Assembly: GCA_963725665.1 (NCBI GenBank)
Contig: CAVRZA010000006.1
Location: 1-64,000 of the forward strand
Reading direction: 5' to 3'
DNA: 64,000 nt
Source of the DNA: an uncultured Actinomycetes bacterium
Lineage (GTDB): Bacteria > Actinomycetota > Thermoleophilia > UBA2241
Position numbers and translations under genes: made by a program. This document shows, one piece after another, positions 1 to 11,411 of the stretch; the first letter of the stretch is position 1, and every line of letters begins with the position of its first letter. A model generated the notes under the pieces. The model was not told the DNA's origin and made no database searches. It saw nothing but the letters and a program-made list of their open reading frames with translations.

Positions 1-675
1 GTTTCGTCTACCTGGCGCCCGACGGCACCCACCAAACCATCGCGGAGGTCTCACCGGCCGCGACCCGAATGAACGACGGTGCCTCCGATCCGCAGGGGCG
101 GTTCTGGGGCGGGACGTTGGCCGACGACCACCACGCCGGTGGTGGCGCCCTCTACCGGCTGGACCAGAGTGGTCGGACCGAGCAGACGCTCGACGGCCTG
201 ACGATCCCCAACGGAGTGCGGCTGGAGCCCGGACGGTCGCACCATGTACCTGGTGGACAGCGGCCCGAGGGTCGTCCACGCGTTCGCGTTCGACGCCGAT
301 CGAGGCACGATCTCCGGGGGTCGGGTGCTGATCACGGTGCCCGAGGAGGTTGGAGCACCGGACGGCATGACGGTCGACGCCGCCGGCGATCTCTGGGTGG
401 CGATCTACGGCGGCGGGCAGGTCCGGCGGTACTCCCCCGAGGGTGTGCTGCGCGAGGCGCTCACCGTCCCTGCCCGGCAGAGCACCTGCTGCGCGTTCGC
501 CGGGCCGGGTCTCCACCGGCTCTACATCACGACCGCTACCGAGAACTGGACCGATGAGCAACGCAGGGCCGAACCGGCCGCCGGCCTGGTCTACCGGCTG
601 GACACCGATGCCACGGGCCGGCCGGCCGCTCCGTTCAGGCCCGCTCCCACGTGGTGGGCGGAGTTCAACCGTTGA
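1..675 (+). CDS. SMP-30/gluconolactonase/LRE family protein (5' partial, frameshift ~215)
   Basis: Motifs RMNDGASDPQGRFWGG, GLTIPNG, PDGMTVDAAGDLWVA and TCCAFAGPGLHRLYIT, split over ORFs 69.. and 244..675. Confidence 0.88.
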
Positions 676-730
676 AGGCGGGTCTTCGTGTCCTGCTGCT
701 ACGGATGCTGGGGGAGCTCGGGGAGGTAAC

Positions 731-1140
731 GTGAGCGCCCAGGGCAACGTCCCCACCCCGCGAGCGTCGGCCGGTTCGCCAGCAAGGGTCCCGCGAGTCC
801 GGCAGCGTCGGGAGAGCAGTGGGAGATCGTCCGTGGGGATCAGCGGGCCGTCCTCGTCGAGGTCGGCGGCGGCATCCGTTCCTACTCGGCTGGTGGCCGC
901 GACCTCATCGACGGGTACCGAGCGGACGAGATGTGCTCTGCGGGTCGAGGTCAGGTTCAGATCCCATGGCCGAACCGGGTGAGGGATGGCCGCTACAAGT
1001 TCGGGGGGCGCCACCATCAGCTGGCGCTCACGGAACCGGAGCGCTCGAATGCCATCCACGGGGGCTGGTTCGCTGGGCGCAGTGGACCGCCAGGGACGTC
1101 GAGACTGACCGAGTGGTCGTGGAGCACGACCTGCACCCGC
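731..1140 (+). pseudogene. Aldose 1-epimerase family N-terminal fragment (truncated)
   Basis: Reads EQWEIVRGDQRAVLVEVGGGIRSY...GRGQVQIPWPNRVRDGRY...NAIHG(LVRW). Similarity stops at HDLHPR. Confidence 0.75.
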
Positions 1141-1331
1141 GCGCGGAGGACGAGCGCACGGAGGAATCACGCATCGAGTACCAGCTGACGCCGAGTCTCA
1201 TCTTCTACCCGGTGGCCGCGCTCCTCGGGCTCCTGGTCCCCTACCTTGGCGTCGCGCTCTACATCCTGGTCGCCCTGTATCTGGCCATCCCCCTGTCGAC
1301 AGCCAGAAGAATGCTGAGGCGCAAGAGCTGA
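1141..1331 (+). pseudogene. TMEM175-family C-terminal fragment fused to the epimerase fragment
   Basis: EESRIEYQLTPSLIFYPVAALLGLLVPYLGVALYILVALYLAIP aligns by eye with the C-terminus of the 8925..9593 protein (EERRVTYQLAPSLVFYAVATVLGLIQPYVGLVLYVLIGVYLLLP). Confidence 0.75.
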
Positions 1332-1524
1332 TTCAGGCTGGACATAAGAAGGGCACCGTGACTCAAGGCGTGGTGCCGGCTCCGGCAAAGCCCCGACGAG
1401 GGAGTGGTACCGCGGTGGGATAGTATGTTGCGTCACTCTGACCGCTTGACCCCTGATCGAGGTTGTCCACGATCGCGGCGAGCCGACCTGCTTACTCGGG
1501 ACATGCGAGGGCTGTGCTGCCGAC

Positions 1525-2561
1525 ATGAAGCTACAGCAGTCAGCACGACCATCTGAGGCCATGGCTAGAAGAAAGCTCCTTTCGGCAATGACTTCCAACC
1601 TGAGCTGGTCAGAAGCAGCAAGGGCATTGCTGTGCATGTTGCCGATGCTCGTCGCCGTGGCCATCGGCCAGATGACCTACATCGTTGCCCTTGGACAGGG
1701 GGGCTTCTTCTTCAGCTCGCTGCTGCTGCCGGCCCGGATCAGCGGTCGGCTCGTCATGGGGTCGATCCTGATCGCGTTGGGTCTGGGTTTCTACTTGATG
1801 GGCGGCACGGTAGCGCCGATGCCTGTGGTCGCCGTGGTGTTCACGTTCTTTGCAGCGCTGAACCTGAGCTTCCTACCAGTTGGCGCATCGGCGGCCCCAT
1901 AGCGCTGTCGATCGTCATGATCTATACGGCGGGGCTCAACACCGGGAGCCCGGAGAAAGCTGCCGCGAACTTCCTGGCCTTCGCCCTGGTCATGGCCTGG
2001 GCGACCCTTGTCTCCATGCTCCCCATCTGGCAGCCGATGATGCCCCCGAAACCCAAGCATGAACCCACCGAACGCCGAGCTTGCCGAACAGGGATTCCGC
2101 ATGGGCATCGGGACGTCATTGGCTCTGGCGATATCGTTCATCTTCGAGTTCGCGAAGATAGGCTGGGCGGTGAGTGCCGTCGGGAGTGTGGTGCGGTTCG
2201 ATCAGGACATGTCCAAGAAGCGGGCCATGGCCAGGCTGGTCGGCACGCTCGGCGGGGCGCTCACAGCTGGCTTTCTTCTCGTCAGGCTGAATTCGGTCAC
2301 TACACTCGTGTCATCGGAGCGCTGTTCGCGCTGCTCAACGGGCTGTACAAGAAGGCGAAGGTCGGACAGATGCCATTGTTCTATACGGCGACCATTCTGA
2401 TCCTGTACAGCCTCAACGACATTGAGAGTGGCAAGGACCTGGCTTACATGCGCCTCGCATACAACATCGTCGGCGTCGTCGTCGCCGTGTTCGTGGTCTT
2501 GTATCCCTTCCCACTTCTGACGAAGCGGCTGAGGAAGAGAGAAGAGACTCCTCAAGAGTAG
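1525..2561 (+). CDS. FUSC-like multi-pass membrane protein (frameshifted)
   Basis: Hydrophobic ORF pieces 1525.., 1632.. and 2059.. with FUSC-like RLVGTLGGA and RLAYNIVGV segments. Confidence 0.6.
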
Positions 2562-2748
2562 GCCGATGGCCGGTGATCGGCGTGCATCGCGCAGCACCGT
2601 AGAGCGACACTGCCTGCAGGTGGGGGAATAATGACGCGCACAGAAGCGAGACCGCGGCGGCCGTCTGAGCACGTCGTCCCCGTGACCGCGACTGGCGATC
2701 GAACGCCCGGGGCAATAAGGAAGCTCCACGAGCGGAAGGAGTCACGAC

Positions 2749-3818
2749 ATGGCCGACGAGAGAGCGAAGCGCATCGCGGAGTTCATCGAGCCGCTGCGCG
2801 TCGCACCCGGCTCCAAGGTGACGCTGGCAAAGGACTTCGATCCCGCCTACAAGGCGGAGTTCTTCAAGAAGAGGGACGGGGCCGAGCTCCTGCGAGCGGG
2901 CGTCGAGCTTCTGGCGAGTACCAGGCTCGCCTCGCGGCCCAGGACACCCACGGCGTCCTCGTCGTGCTCCAGGCGCTGGATGCCGCCGGCAAGGACGGCA
3001 CCATCCGCCACGTCATGAGCGGCGTGAACCCCCAGGGCGTCTCAGTGCACTCGTTCAAGGTGCCCTCCTCCGAGGAGCTCGACCACGACTACCTGTGGCG
3101 CTACGCCAAGAACCTGCCCGGCCGCGGCGAGATCGGCATCTTCAACCGCTCCCACTACGAGGAGGTCCTCGTCGTGCGCGTGCACCCCGAGATCCTCGAG
3201 CGCCAGAGGCTGCCCAAGCAGGCGCGCGGAAAGGACGTGTGGACGCGGCGCTACCGCGACATCAACGACTGGGAGCGGTACCTCGTCGACAACGGCTTCA
3301 AGGTCGTCAAGCTGTTCCTGAACCTCTCGCAGGAAGAGCAGCGCATCCGCTTCCTGAGGCGCATCGACCTGCCCGACCACAACTGGAAGTTCTCGGCCGC
3401 CGACGTCCACGAGCGCAGCTTCTGGGACGACTACCAGAAGGCGTTCTCCGAGATGCTCTCGGCCACGAGCACCGACTGGGCGCCCTGGTACGTGATCCCC
3501 GCCGACCACAAGTGGTTCGCGCGCATCTGCGCCTCGGCCATCATCGCGAACGCGCTGATCGAGATCGACCCGCGCTACCCGAAGGTGACCTCCGAGGCAC
3601 GCGCGGCACTGCAGCAGACCAAGGTGGAGCTGGAGGGTGAGGCGCCCAAGGGCGCCGCCCCCGACCCGTTCGAGGCGGAAGCCGGCACCGATGCCGAGAA
3701 GGCTGGGAAGAACGCCAAAGGCAAGGCTAAGAAGACGGCCAAGCACAAGTCGGGCAAGAAGGCCGGGAAGAAGGGCGACAAGGCGGCGGAGAACACCGCC
3801 GAAGCGTCGACCACCTGA
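2749..3818 (+). CDS. ppk2: Polyphosphate kinase 2 family protein with Lys-rich C-terminal tail (frameshift ~2910)
   Basis: QALDAAGKDGTIRHV (Walker A), FNRSHYEEVLVVRVHP, NWKFSAAD, APWYVIPADHKWF; AAGGAG RBS before ATG 2749. Confidence 0.93.
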
Positions 3819-3873
3819 GAGATCCAGAGCGACTCGCCGCCCCCAGAGGCGGCGACTCCGAGGGGAGAACGAG

Positions 3874-6629
3874 ATGGCAAAGACTGCCCGGATCACGGCA
3901 AGCGGTGCGGCGTCGGCCGCGCGCTGGTATTCACTCTCGCCCGAGGAGACCGCCAAGGGTCTTGGCGTAGATCCGGCCTCCGGCCTGTCGGCGGCGAAGG
4001 CAGCCGAGCTGCTGCGAAAGCACGGGCCCAACGCTCTTCCCGCCGAGCAGACCGTTCCGGAATGGCGGCGCTTCCTCGACCAGTACCGCGCCTACATGCA
4101 GATCATCCTGCTCATCGCCGCCGTGGTGTCGCTCGCCATCGGCCAGTGGAGCACCGGCGCTGTGCTGATCTTGCTGACCGTGTTCAACGCCGTCGTCGGC
4201 CTCCGTCAGGAGGGCAAGGCCGAGAGCGCGATGAACGCCTTGAAATCGCTGATGAAGCAGACCGCCCGGGTGCGCCGCGACGGGGCCGAGGCGGAGATCC
4301 CGGCCGAGGAGGTCGTCGTCGGCGACGTCGTGCTGATCAGCGCCGGCGACGACGTGCCCGCCGACGGCAGGATCATCCAGGCGAGCTCGCTCGACATCGA
4401 TGAGTCCGCGCTCACGGGCGAGAGCGTGCCGGCGTCCAAGGAGACGGACGCGCTGGCCGACGCGGAGCTGGGTCCTGGCGACCGAACGAACATGGCGTTC
4501 ATGAACACGCCGGTCACGCACGGCAGCGGCACGATGCTGGTGACGGCGACGGGCGCCGACGCCGAGGTCGGCAAGATCGCCGGCATGCTGGCGACGACCG
4601 CCAAGGAACAGACCCCGCTCGCGAAGCAGCTGAACACGATGACCCTGTGGATCGGCGCGGCCGCGCTGGGGACGATGATCGTCATGTTCGCGCTGGGCCT
4701 CTCGCGTGGCCAGTCGGCCGACAGCCTGTTCATCACTGCGGTCGCCCTGGCCATCGCGGCCATCCCGACGGCGCTGCCGACGGTCCTCCAGGTGATCCTC
4801 TCCGCCGGCGCCAAGGAGCTAGCCGGCGCAGAAGGCCATCGTCAAGGACCTCGTGTCGGTGGAGACGCTCGGCTCCACGTCGGCCATCAACTCCGACAAG
4901 ACCGGCACGCTGACGATGAACCAGATGACGGCCGTCGAGGTGCTGGACCCCGTCGACCGCTACACGATCTCCGGGATCGGCTACGGGCTCGAGGGTAAGG
5001 TGCACCACGCGGCCGGGACCTCCGCCTCCATCGACGACGCCGTCCTCCCTTACGTCATCGCGAGTGACGCCAAGCTCGAAGACGGCAAGGTCGTCGGCGA
5101 CCCCACCGAGGGCGCCCTGCTCGTCCTCGGCCACAAGGCGGGGCTCGACATCGACGCGAGCCGGGAGAGCCTCCCGCGGCTGGCCACGCTGCCGTTCGAT
5201 CCCACCTACAAGCTGATGGCGACCTTCAACTCCGCCACCGACGCGTCCGGCAAGAGCGTGGTGCGCTGCTTCGTGAAGGGGGCGGCGCCCGCCGTGATGG
5301 ACCACACGGCGAGCGCCCTCGCCGCCGGCGCCAGCGTGCCGTGGGACGACGCTCTGAAGAAGAGGGCGGAGGACGCCGTCACCCGCATGGAGGGCGAGGG
5401 ACATCGCGTGATGGCGGCGGCGGTCCGCGATCTCGACCCCGCCGCCTTCAATGCGGAAGGCGATCTGCTGAGCTACGTCACCGATCTCCAGATGACGTCC
5501 CTCGTCGCCATGGTCGATCCTCCCCGCGACGAGTCCAAAGCAGCCGTCCGCGATGCCCAGCGGGCCCACATCAGGGTGCGCATGGTCACCGGCGACGACG
5601 TGACCACGGGGGCGGCCATCGCCAAGCAGCTCGGCATCCCCGGTTCCGCGATGCTCGGCGCGGAGTTCGCCGCGCTCAGTGAAGAGGAGAGGCTGGCGCG
5701 CATCGACGACATCGGCGTGGTCGGTCGCGTGGCGCCCGAGCACAAGGTGCTCCTGGTCGAGACGCTCAGGAAGCAGGGCCATGTCGTCGCCATGACGGGC
5801 GACGGCGTGAACGACGCTCCGGCGATCAAGGCGGCCGACATCGGCATCGCCATGGGCACCGGCACCGAGGTGGCCAAGAACGCCGGCCGCATGATCCTCT
5901 CGGACGACAACTTCGCGACCATCGTGCGCGCGGTCGAGAAGGGCCGCGACGGTGTACGACAACCTCAACAAGTTCATCCGCTTCGTGATGCTCGAGCTCG
6001 CGGCGTACATCATCACGTTTCTCGGGGCCAGCATCCTCAACATCGCCGCCGGGCAGCCGTTCTCGCCCTCCCAGATCCTCTACATCAACTTCCTGGTCAA
6101 CGCGCCGCTCGGCGTCGCGCTGGGCATGGACAAGGAGGCGCCGGGCCTCATGGAGCTCGCGCCGCGGTCTCGCGACGCGTCGATCATGACGAGGGGCCTC
6201 CTGACCACCGCCGGTCTCGTCGGCCTGTTCATGGCCGTGTGCACGCTCGCGCTGATCAGCTACGGCACGTCCCACTACGGCAGCGTCGCCGTCGGCTCCT
6301 CGATGGGACTGACGGCGTTCTCGCTGCTCATCGTCGCGTCCGCCTTCCAGGCCCGCAGCGTGACTGCTACGGCGCTCACCACCGAGACGTTCGACAACCG
6401 GGGCCTGAACTGGACAGCCCTCGTGGAGCTCGTGCTCGCCGTGCTCATCACCCAGATGGACGTCCTGCGCCGCCTGTTCGGGACCGAGCAACTGTCGCTC
6501 GGCCAGTGGGCGCTGGCGGCGGTGCCCGCGGTGGCGCTCTTCTTCCTCTGGGAGCTCGGGAAGCTGATAGCGCGTCGCGGAGTGGAGCGGTCGCAGGTGG
6601 CGATGCCCGCCGAGGAGGCCGCTGCGTGA
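3874..6629 (+). CDS. Cation-transporting P-type ATPase (P2A/Ca2+-like; frameshifts ~4830 and ~5950)
   Basis: DESALTGES, SDKTGTLT phosphorylation site, DPPR, MVTGD, MTGDGVNDAPA. Confidence 0.93.
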
Positions 6630-6664
6630 GACCGAGACATTCCGGACGGGGCGGCAGCGACACC

Positions 6665-8159
6665 ATGGTCAAGGACATCGCTTCGCGGAAAGTGGAGTCC
6701 CGCATGACGACCGGTGACCATGAGGCCCCATCGCTGGGCCGTCGAGCGCTCGCCGTTCTCTCGCTGCTGTTGACGGCCGTCCTCGTCGTCGCGGTGATCG
6801 TCTTTCTCGCGCACAACCTCCTCTGGCTCGTCGTGGCCCTCATCGGCCTGGCGGTCGCGGTGGCAGGCGTCTGGTGGGTGCTCACGGAGCGCATGCCGCG
6901 TCGCGCGGTCGGGATCGCGGGCCTTGTCGTCGGCGCCGTCGTCATCGTGGTGGCCCTGGTCAGGCGATCGAGGGCACACAGGATCCGCTGCTGCGCGTCG
7001 CAGTCGTCGCTGCCGCGCTGGCGGTCGCGGCCGTGGCGGCGCGGGCGGCGCTGGCGCCCGACCTGAGCGAGCTCGACCGCCTGCGCGCGTCAAGCACGTG
7101 CACCCGCGCAAGCCGGTGCTGCTGTGCAATCCCTGGTCGGGCGGCGGCAAGGTGGCGAAGTTCGGCCTCGCCGAGATCGCCGCCGAGATGGGCGTCGAGG
7201 TGGTCTTCCTCGACAAGGGGCTCGACCTCGCCGAGCTGGCCCGCGACGCCATCGCCCGCGGCGCCGACTGCCTGGGTATGGCCGGCGGCGACGGGTCGCA
7301 GGCCCTCGTCGCCTCGATCGCCCACGAGCACGACATCCCCTTCGTCTGCATCTCGGCGGGCACGCGCAACCACTTCGCCCAGGATCTGGGCTTCGACAAG
7401 GAGGACCCGCGCAAGGGCATGGTCGCCTTCCGCGACGGCGTCGAGCGCCTCATCGACTACGGCACCGTGGGCGGCCGCCTGTTCGTGAACAACGTGTCGA
7501 TGGGCATCTACGCGACGATCGTGCAGCAGGACAGCTACCGCGGCGCCAAGATCAAGACGACGAGGGAGATGCTCCCCGAGATGCTGAGCCACCAGGCCGA
7601 ACCGTTCGACCTGCAGTTCACGACGCCCGACGGAGTCGAGATCGACGACGCCTTCGTCGTCCAGGTCTCGAACAACCCCTACGTGTGGGGAGCCTCGGCC
7701 GACTTCGCGCAGCGGCGCACGATGGACTCGGGCAAGCTCGGCGTCTTCGCGGTCAACGCCAGGAGTGGGCGCGAGGCCGCCGAGATCGTCACGCGCGCCA
7801 TGACGGGCCTCGCCAAGCACGACCGCTACTTCCACGAGTTCACCACCGAGACCTTCGAGGTGCGCTCGCGCAGCGGCAAGGCCTTCGCCGGCATCGACGG
7901 CGAGGCCCTCGAGCTCGACACGCCGCTCGAGTTCCGCATCCACCCCCGCGCCCTGCGCATGCTCGTTCCCGAGGACGTCATGGTGACATCGGCGCGACGA
8001 CGCGCCCGGGGCTACAGCCCCAGAGGTCTCGTTCGCGGTGGCCCTGGGTCGGCGGCCCGGCGGCGCGTGGGCGGCGGCGGCGCGCGGCGGCCGGCAGGCG
8101 ACGGCGGCCCGCGCGCCGATGAGCGCCGGCGCGGAGTCAGCGCCGTGACGCGCCGATAG
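6665..8159 (+). CDS. Diacylglycerol kinase-family protein with N-terminal TM segments (frameshifted; end uncertain)
   Basis: CNPWSGGGK, GMAGGDGSQ, SAGTRNHFA, FVNNVSMG, GIDGEA. Confidence 0.85.
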
Positions 8160-8834
8160 CCGTCGCCGCCGTCGGTTTCGACCTCGGTGAGACGCTCTAT
8201 CACTACCGCGGCGCGCCGATGCGCTGGCTCGAGCAGGGACGCCCCACCCTCGAAAGGGTCTGTGACGCCTGCGGCATCGACCGCTCCAAGGCCCACCTCG
8301 CAGCCTCCGCCCGACAGATCGGCGAGCTACAGGGCGCACCTTCGTGAGCGGATCGGCAAGGCGGCGGCTTCTGACGTCATGACCAACGTGTTCGGCGCCT
8401 TCTTCGAGGTCTTCCGCAGGAGCCTCGAGGCGTACCCGGACGCGGTCGAGACGCTCGCCGCCCTCAAGCGGTCGGGCTTCGCGATCGGCGCGCTGACCAA
8501 CGTGCCCTTGGGCATGCCGCGGCGCACCATCCAGAACGACCTCGAGCGTCTGGGGCTGGCGCCGTACATCGACGGCTTCCTGACTTCGGTCGAGGTGGGA
8601 TCGCGCAAACCGCACCGTGCACCCTTCGAGAGGCTCGCGGCGACGCTCGCTGTCGACCCGCAGGAGATCGTCTATGTCGGCAACCTGCCCACCGATGTGA
8701 CGGGGGCGCTGGCAGTCGGCTGCGTGCCCATCTTCCTCGACCGCACGGGGAGCGGGATCGACTACGGTCAGGCGGCGACCGTGCACCACCTGGATGAGAT
8801 CCCGCCGCTGCTCACCCGCACTCCGGGACGCTGA
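8119..8834 (+). CDS. HAD-superfamily hydrolase (frameshifted; start uncertain)
   Basis: GFDLGETL (motif I variant), ALTN, GSRKPH, YVGNLPTDVTGA. Confidence 0.75.
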
Positions 8835-8924
8835 CTGTCCGGGCAGCTAGCGGCACGCGGTTACTCCACTCCCCCTTCCCACACTGTTTGCCTCCGCGAT
8901 CGGCTCATCGACATCGATCGCCGG

Positions 8925-9593
8925 TCAGCCGCCGCCGCGCCGGAGCCATCTGCGGACCGTGCGCACCGGGAGGAGCAGGTAGACACCGATGAGCACGTAC
9001 AGGACCAGCCCCACGTAGGGCTGGATGAGGCCGAGCACCGTGGCCACGGCGTAGAAGACGAGGCTCGGCGCGAGCTGGTACGTCACCCGGCGCTCCTCCT
9101 GGCGCTCCTCGGCGGCGTCGCCGCCGAACAGACCCTCACGCTCAGCGTAGCGCCCCAGCACGATCAGCATCAGGCTCATCAGGAACAGCACGATGCCGAA
9201 GAACGCGACCGCCGTGCGCTCACCGCCGTGCTCCGTGTCCGTCAGCCTCAGATACTCCTGCATCACCCGGGCCGGGTACGGCAGGAAGGCGACGAGCAGC
9301 AGGAGCAACAGGTTCAGTCGCAGGAAGCCGGCGTTGACGCGCTCGAGGGCCTCGGTCAACGCGTTGTGCTCGATCCACACGACGCCGATGCTCATGAACG
9401 CGATGAAGTAGGCCAGGTATATCGGCCGTTCATGGAAGAGCGCCGACAGCAGGTGGCTGCCGGCGTGCGCCGGCACCGCGATCTCGATGACCAGCAGCGT
9501 GATGGCGATGGCGAAGACGCCGTCGCTGAACGCCTCCAGGCGGCCCTTATTCTTGTAGTCCCTCAATGAGGGCGAACTACTCACGCCGGTCAC
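8925..9593 (-). CDS. TMEM175-family K+ channel (DUF1211)
   Basis: RLEAFSDGVFAIAITLLV signature, WxxH, several predicted TM helices. Confidence 0.9.
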   Translation of the reverse strand: MTGVSSSPSLRDYKNKGRLEAFSDGVFAIAITLLVIEIAVPAHAGSHLLSALFHERPIYLAYFIAFMSIGVVWIEHNALTEALERVNAGFLRLNLLLLLLVAFLPYPARVMQEYLRLTDTEHGGERTAVAFFGIVLFLMSLMLIVLGRYAEREGLFGGDAAEERQEERRVTYQLAPSLVFYAVATVLGLIQPYVGLVLYVLIGVYLLLPVRTVRRWLRRGGG

Positions 9594-9625
9594 CTCCTCG
9601 GTCAGGGTTCACGCACGGTCGGGCC

Positions 9626-9654
9626 ATGATAGAGCCTGGACGCCGCTCTGCAAA
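9626..9654 (-). promoter_or_regulatory. Candidate sigma70-type promoter of the TMEM175 gene
   Basis: Minus strand (T)TTGCAG-N16-TATCAT, about 30 bp upstream of the start codon, with a GAGGAGG RBS in between. Confidence 0.4.
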
Positions 9655-9725
9655 ACCATTCGAAGCAGCCGCCGGGTTCGGCGCCAGCGCAGGCGGCTTT
9701 GACGCAAACACTAAGGAGACCGCCA

Positions 9726-9755
9726 GAGGCCCGCTCCCAGATGGGAGCGGGCCTC
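9726..9755. terminator. GC-rich hairpin
   Basis: Perfect inverted repeat GAGGCCCGCTCCC-AGAT-GGGAGCGGGCCTC. Confidence 0.55.
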
Positions 9756-9914
9756 CACCCGGTCGCCTATCGCTTCATCCTGAGGTAACACCGTGTGCGC
9801 CTCGGTCGGGTTGCGGGGTGGCTGCGTCGACCCATCGAGTAGGGGGGCCTCCCCTTCCTCTCGCTCACGTGGGCCTCCAGATGCGCGAGCGCGTAGCGGA
9901 CCTTGACGCTTACT

Positions 9915-10094
9915 TCACGCCCTGCGCGCAGGCATGACGAGGACGACGATGAGCGTTATGACCGTGAAGAAGGCGCCGAGGATGCCGAACAGCAGCGGGC
10001 TGCGGCCCTTGCTGGCCGCGACCGAGGCGCATATCCAGATGCAGAACAGCATGACCGCGAAGTAGATCAGCCAGTAGAACCACGCGAAGAACAT
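9915..10094 (-). CDS. Small membrane protein (59 aa)
   Basis: MFFAWFYW...AASKGRSPLLFGILGAFF..., two hydrophobic helices, GGAGG RBS. Confidence 0.7.
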   Translation of the reverse strand: MFFAWFYWLIYFAVMLFCIWICASVAASKGRSPLLFGILGAFFTVITLIVVLVMPARRA

Positions 10095-10215
10095 TACAGC
10101 CTCCCAAGAAGATGAGTTCGCCGGAGGATACCGACAGTGGCCCAATGGTTACATAGCGGGGTCAACGAGTCTACTCAGCGCGCCTGCTCCTCGATACCGG
10201 TCGGTACTTGGTGAT

Positions 10216-10794
10216 CTACGGCTTGCGCATTCCGTCCCAGAGGAGCGAATCGACCTCCAGCACCGCTTGTTCGTGGGTGAGCCCGCTGGCGCTCAGGACT
10301 CGCCCGTTGCGCGTCACCACTGAGATCTGGCTGAGCAGCTCGGCGAGGAAGCGGATGTTCACGGGCCGGATCTCACCGGCGTCCTCCGCACACTGGACCA
10401 GTTCGACGAACCGGTCGAGGTAGGGTTCTACAACACCGGTCCACCACGCTAGCCGCGTCGACTCGAAGCGATTGACATCAGCGTAAAACGCCAGGGACAG
10501 GGGGCGGGTGCTCTCTGCTCCGGCGCGGAAGTAGGCGCGTGCCCGGTCCGAGGCGGTCGTGCCCTGCTGGGCACGAACCTCGAGAGCCTCGAGGGTGAGT
10601 TGGCCCCAGCGGCCGATTGCGAGCACGACGAGGCTGTCCTTGCTCGGCGCGATCTTGTAGAGCGACGACTCGGAGCAGTGCAGCTCGCGCGCCATCTCGG
10701 CGGTGCGGACCTCGGAGAACCCGCGCGCCGCGATGATGTCCATGACGCCGTCCAGCAGCTCCTCACGCCGTCCGTTGTCGAGTCGTTTTCGCAC
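10216..10794 (-). CDS. TetR/AcrR family transcriptional regulator
   Basis: RREELLDGVMDIIAARGFSEVRTAEMARELHCSESSLYK HTH; GTG start with GGAGG. Confidence 0.88.
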   Translation of the reverse strand: MRKRLDNGRREELLDGVMDIIAARGFSEVRTAEMARELHCSESSLYKIAPSKDSLVVLAIGRWGQLTLEALEVRAQQGTTASDRARAYFRAGAESTRPLSLAFYADVNRFESTRLAWWTGVVEPYLDRFVELVQCAEDAGEIRPVNIRFLAELLSQISVVTRNGRVLSASGLTHEQAVLEVDSLLWDGMRKP

Positions 10795-10893
10795 GTTCTG
10801 GCCTCCCCGGCTCCATCTCGGCCGGAAACCCGTCAGCGCAGGTTCCGGGACTTGCAGCAAGAACGGTTGCGCTTCCTTATAGGTAGTGTTAAA

Positions 10894-10920
10894 AGTAGCA
10901 GCCTACTGTAGTGTACTACT
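10894..10920. promoter_or_regulatory. Imperfect palindrome, candidate TetR operator
   Basis: AGTAGCA-GC-CTACTGTAG-TG-TACTACT in the AT-rich divergent region, directly before TATGAT (10922-10927). Confidence 0.55.
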
Positions 10921-10963
10921 CTATGATGCCTCTTCAAGTTTGGGTCAGCACAAGGAGGAAGCC

Positions 10964-11353
10964 ATGCCGAAGACAGTCGCCGAGCTGGTCGCAGAGGCCA
11001 AGGGACAGATCGAGAACGTAGCGCCGAAGGACGCCTCCGACGAGGCCGCCTCGGGAAAGGCGGTGCTCCTCGACGTCCGTGAGCCGGTGGAGTGGGAGCA
11101 CCACATTGCCGGGTCGGTGCAAGTTCCCAGGGGACTGCTCGAGTTCGCCGCCGACCCCGCGAGCCCTCGCCACACGGCGGAGCTGGACCCGGCCCGCCGG
11201 GTGATCGTGTACTGCCGCTCCGGCGCGCGCGCGGCGCTCGCCGCGGTCACGCTCAAGACCATGGGCTACGAGAACGTCGCCAACCTCGAGGGAGGCTTCA
11301 GCGCCTGGCAGGAGGCCGGCCTGCCCAGCGACGAGCACCACGACGGGCTCTGA
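10964..11353 (+). CDS. Rhodanese-like sulfurtransferase
   Basis: LLDVREPVEW, HIAGS, VYCRSGARA active-site loop, LEGGFSAW. Confidence 0.9.
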   Translation: MPKTVAELVAEAKGQIENVAPKDASDEAASGKAVLLDVREPVEWEHHIAGSVQVPRGLLEFAADPASPRHTAELDPARRVIVYCRSGARAALAAVTLKTMGYENVANLEGGFSAWQEAGLPSDEHHDGL

Positions 11354-11411
11354 GCGCAAGGCTCATCCCGTAGGCACTGACAGAACCCACGCGCAAGGAG
11401 AAGACGCAGCC

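Noticed and set aside
9640-9720. Resemblance to a c-di-GMP-I riboswitch (GCAAAACCATTCGAAG…GACGCAAA)
   Set aside because: P2 pairing and the GAAA loop do not form properly, and it is antisense to the flanking genes. An Rfam cmsearch would settle it.
9756-9905. Possible ncRNA or group II intron 3' end (minus strand ...CCCCTACTCGAT)
   Set aside because: No recognisable domain V, no RT gene and no convincing SRP or riboswitch consensus.
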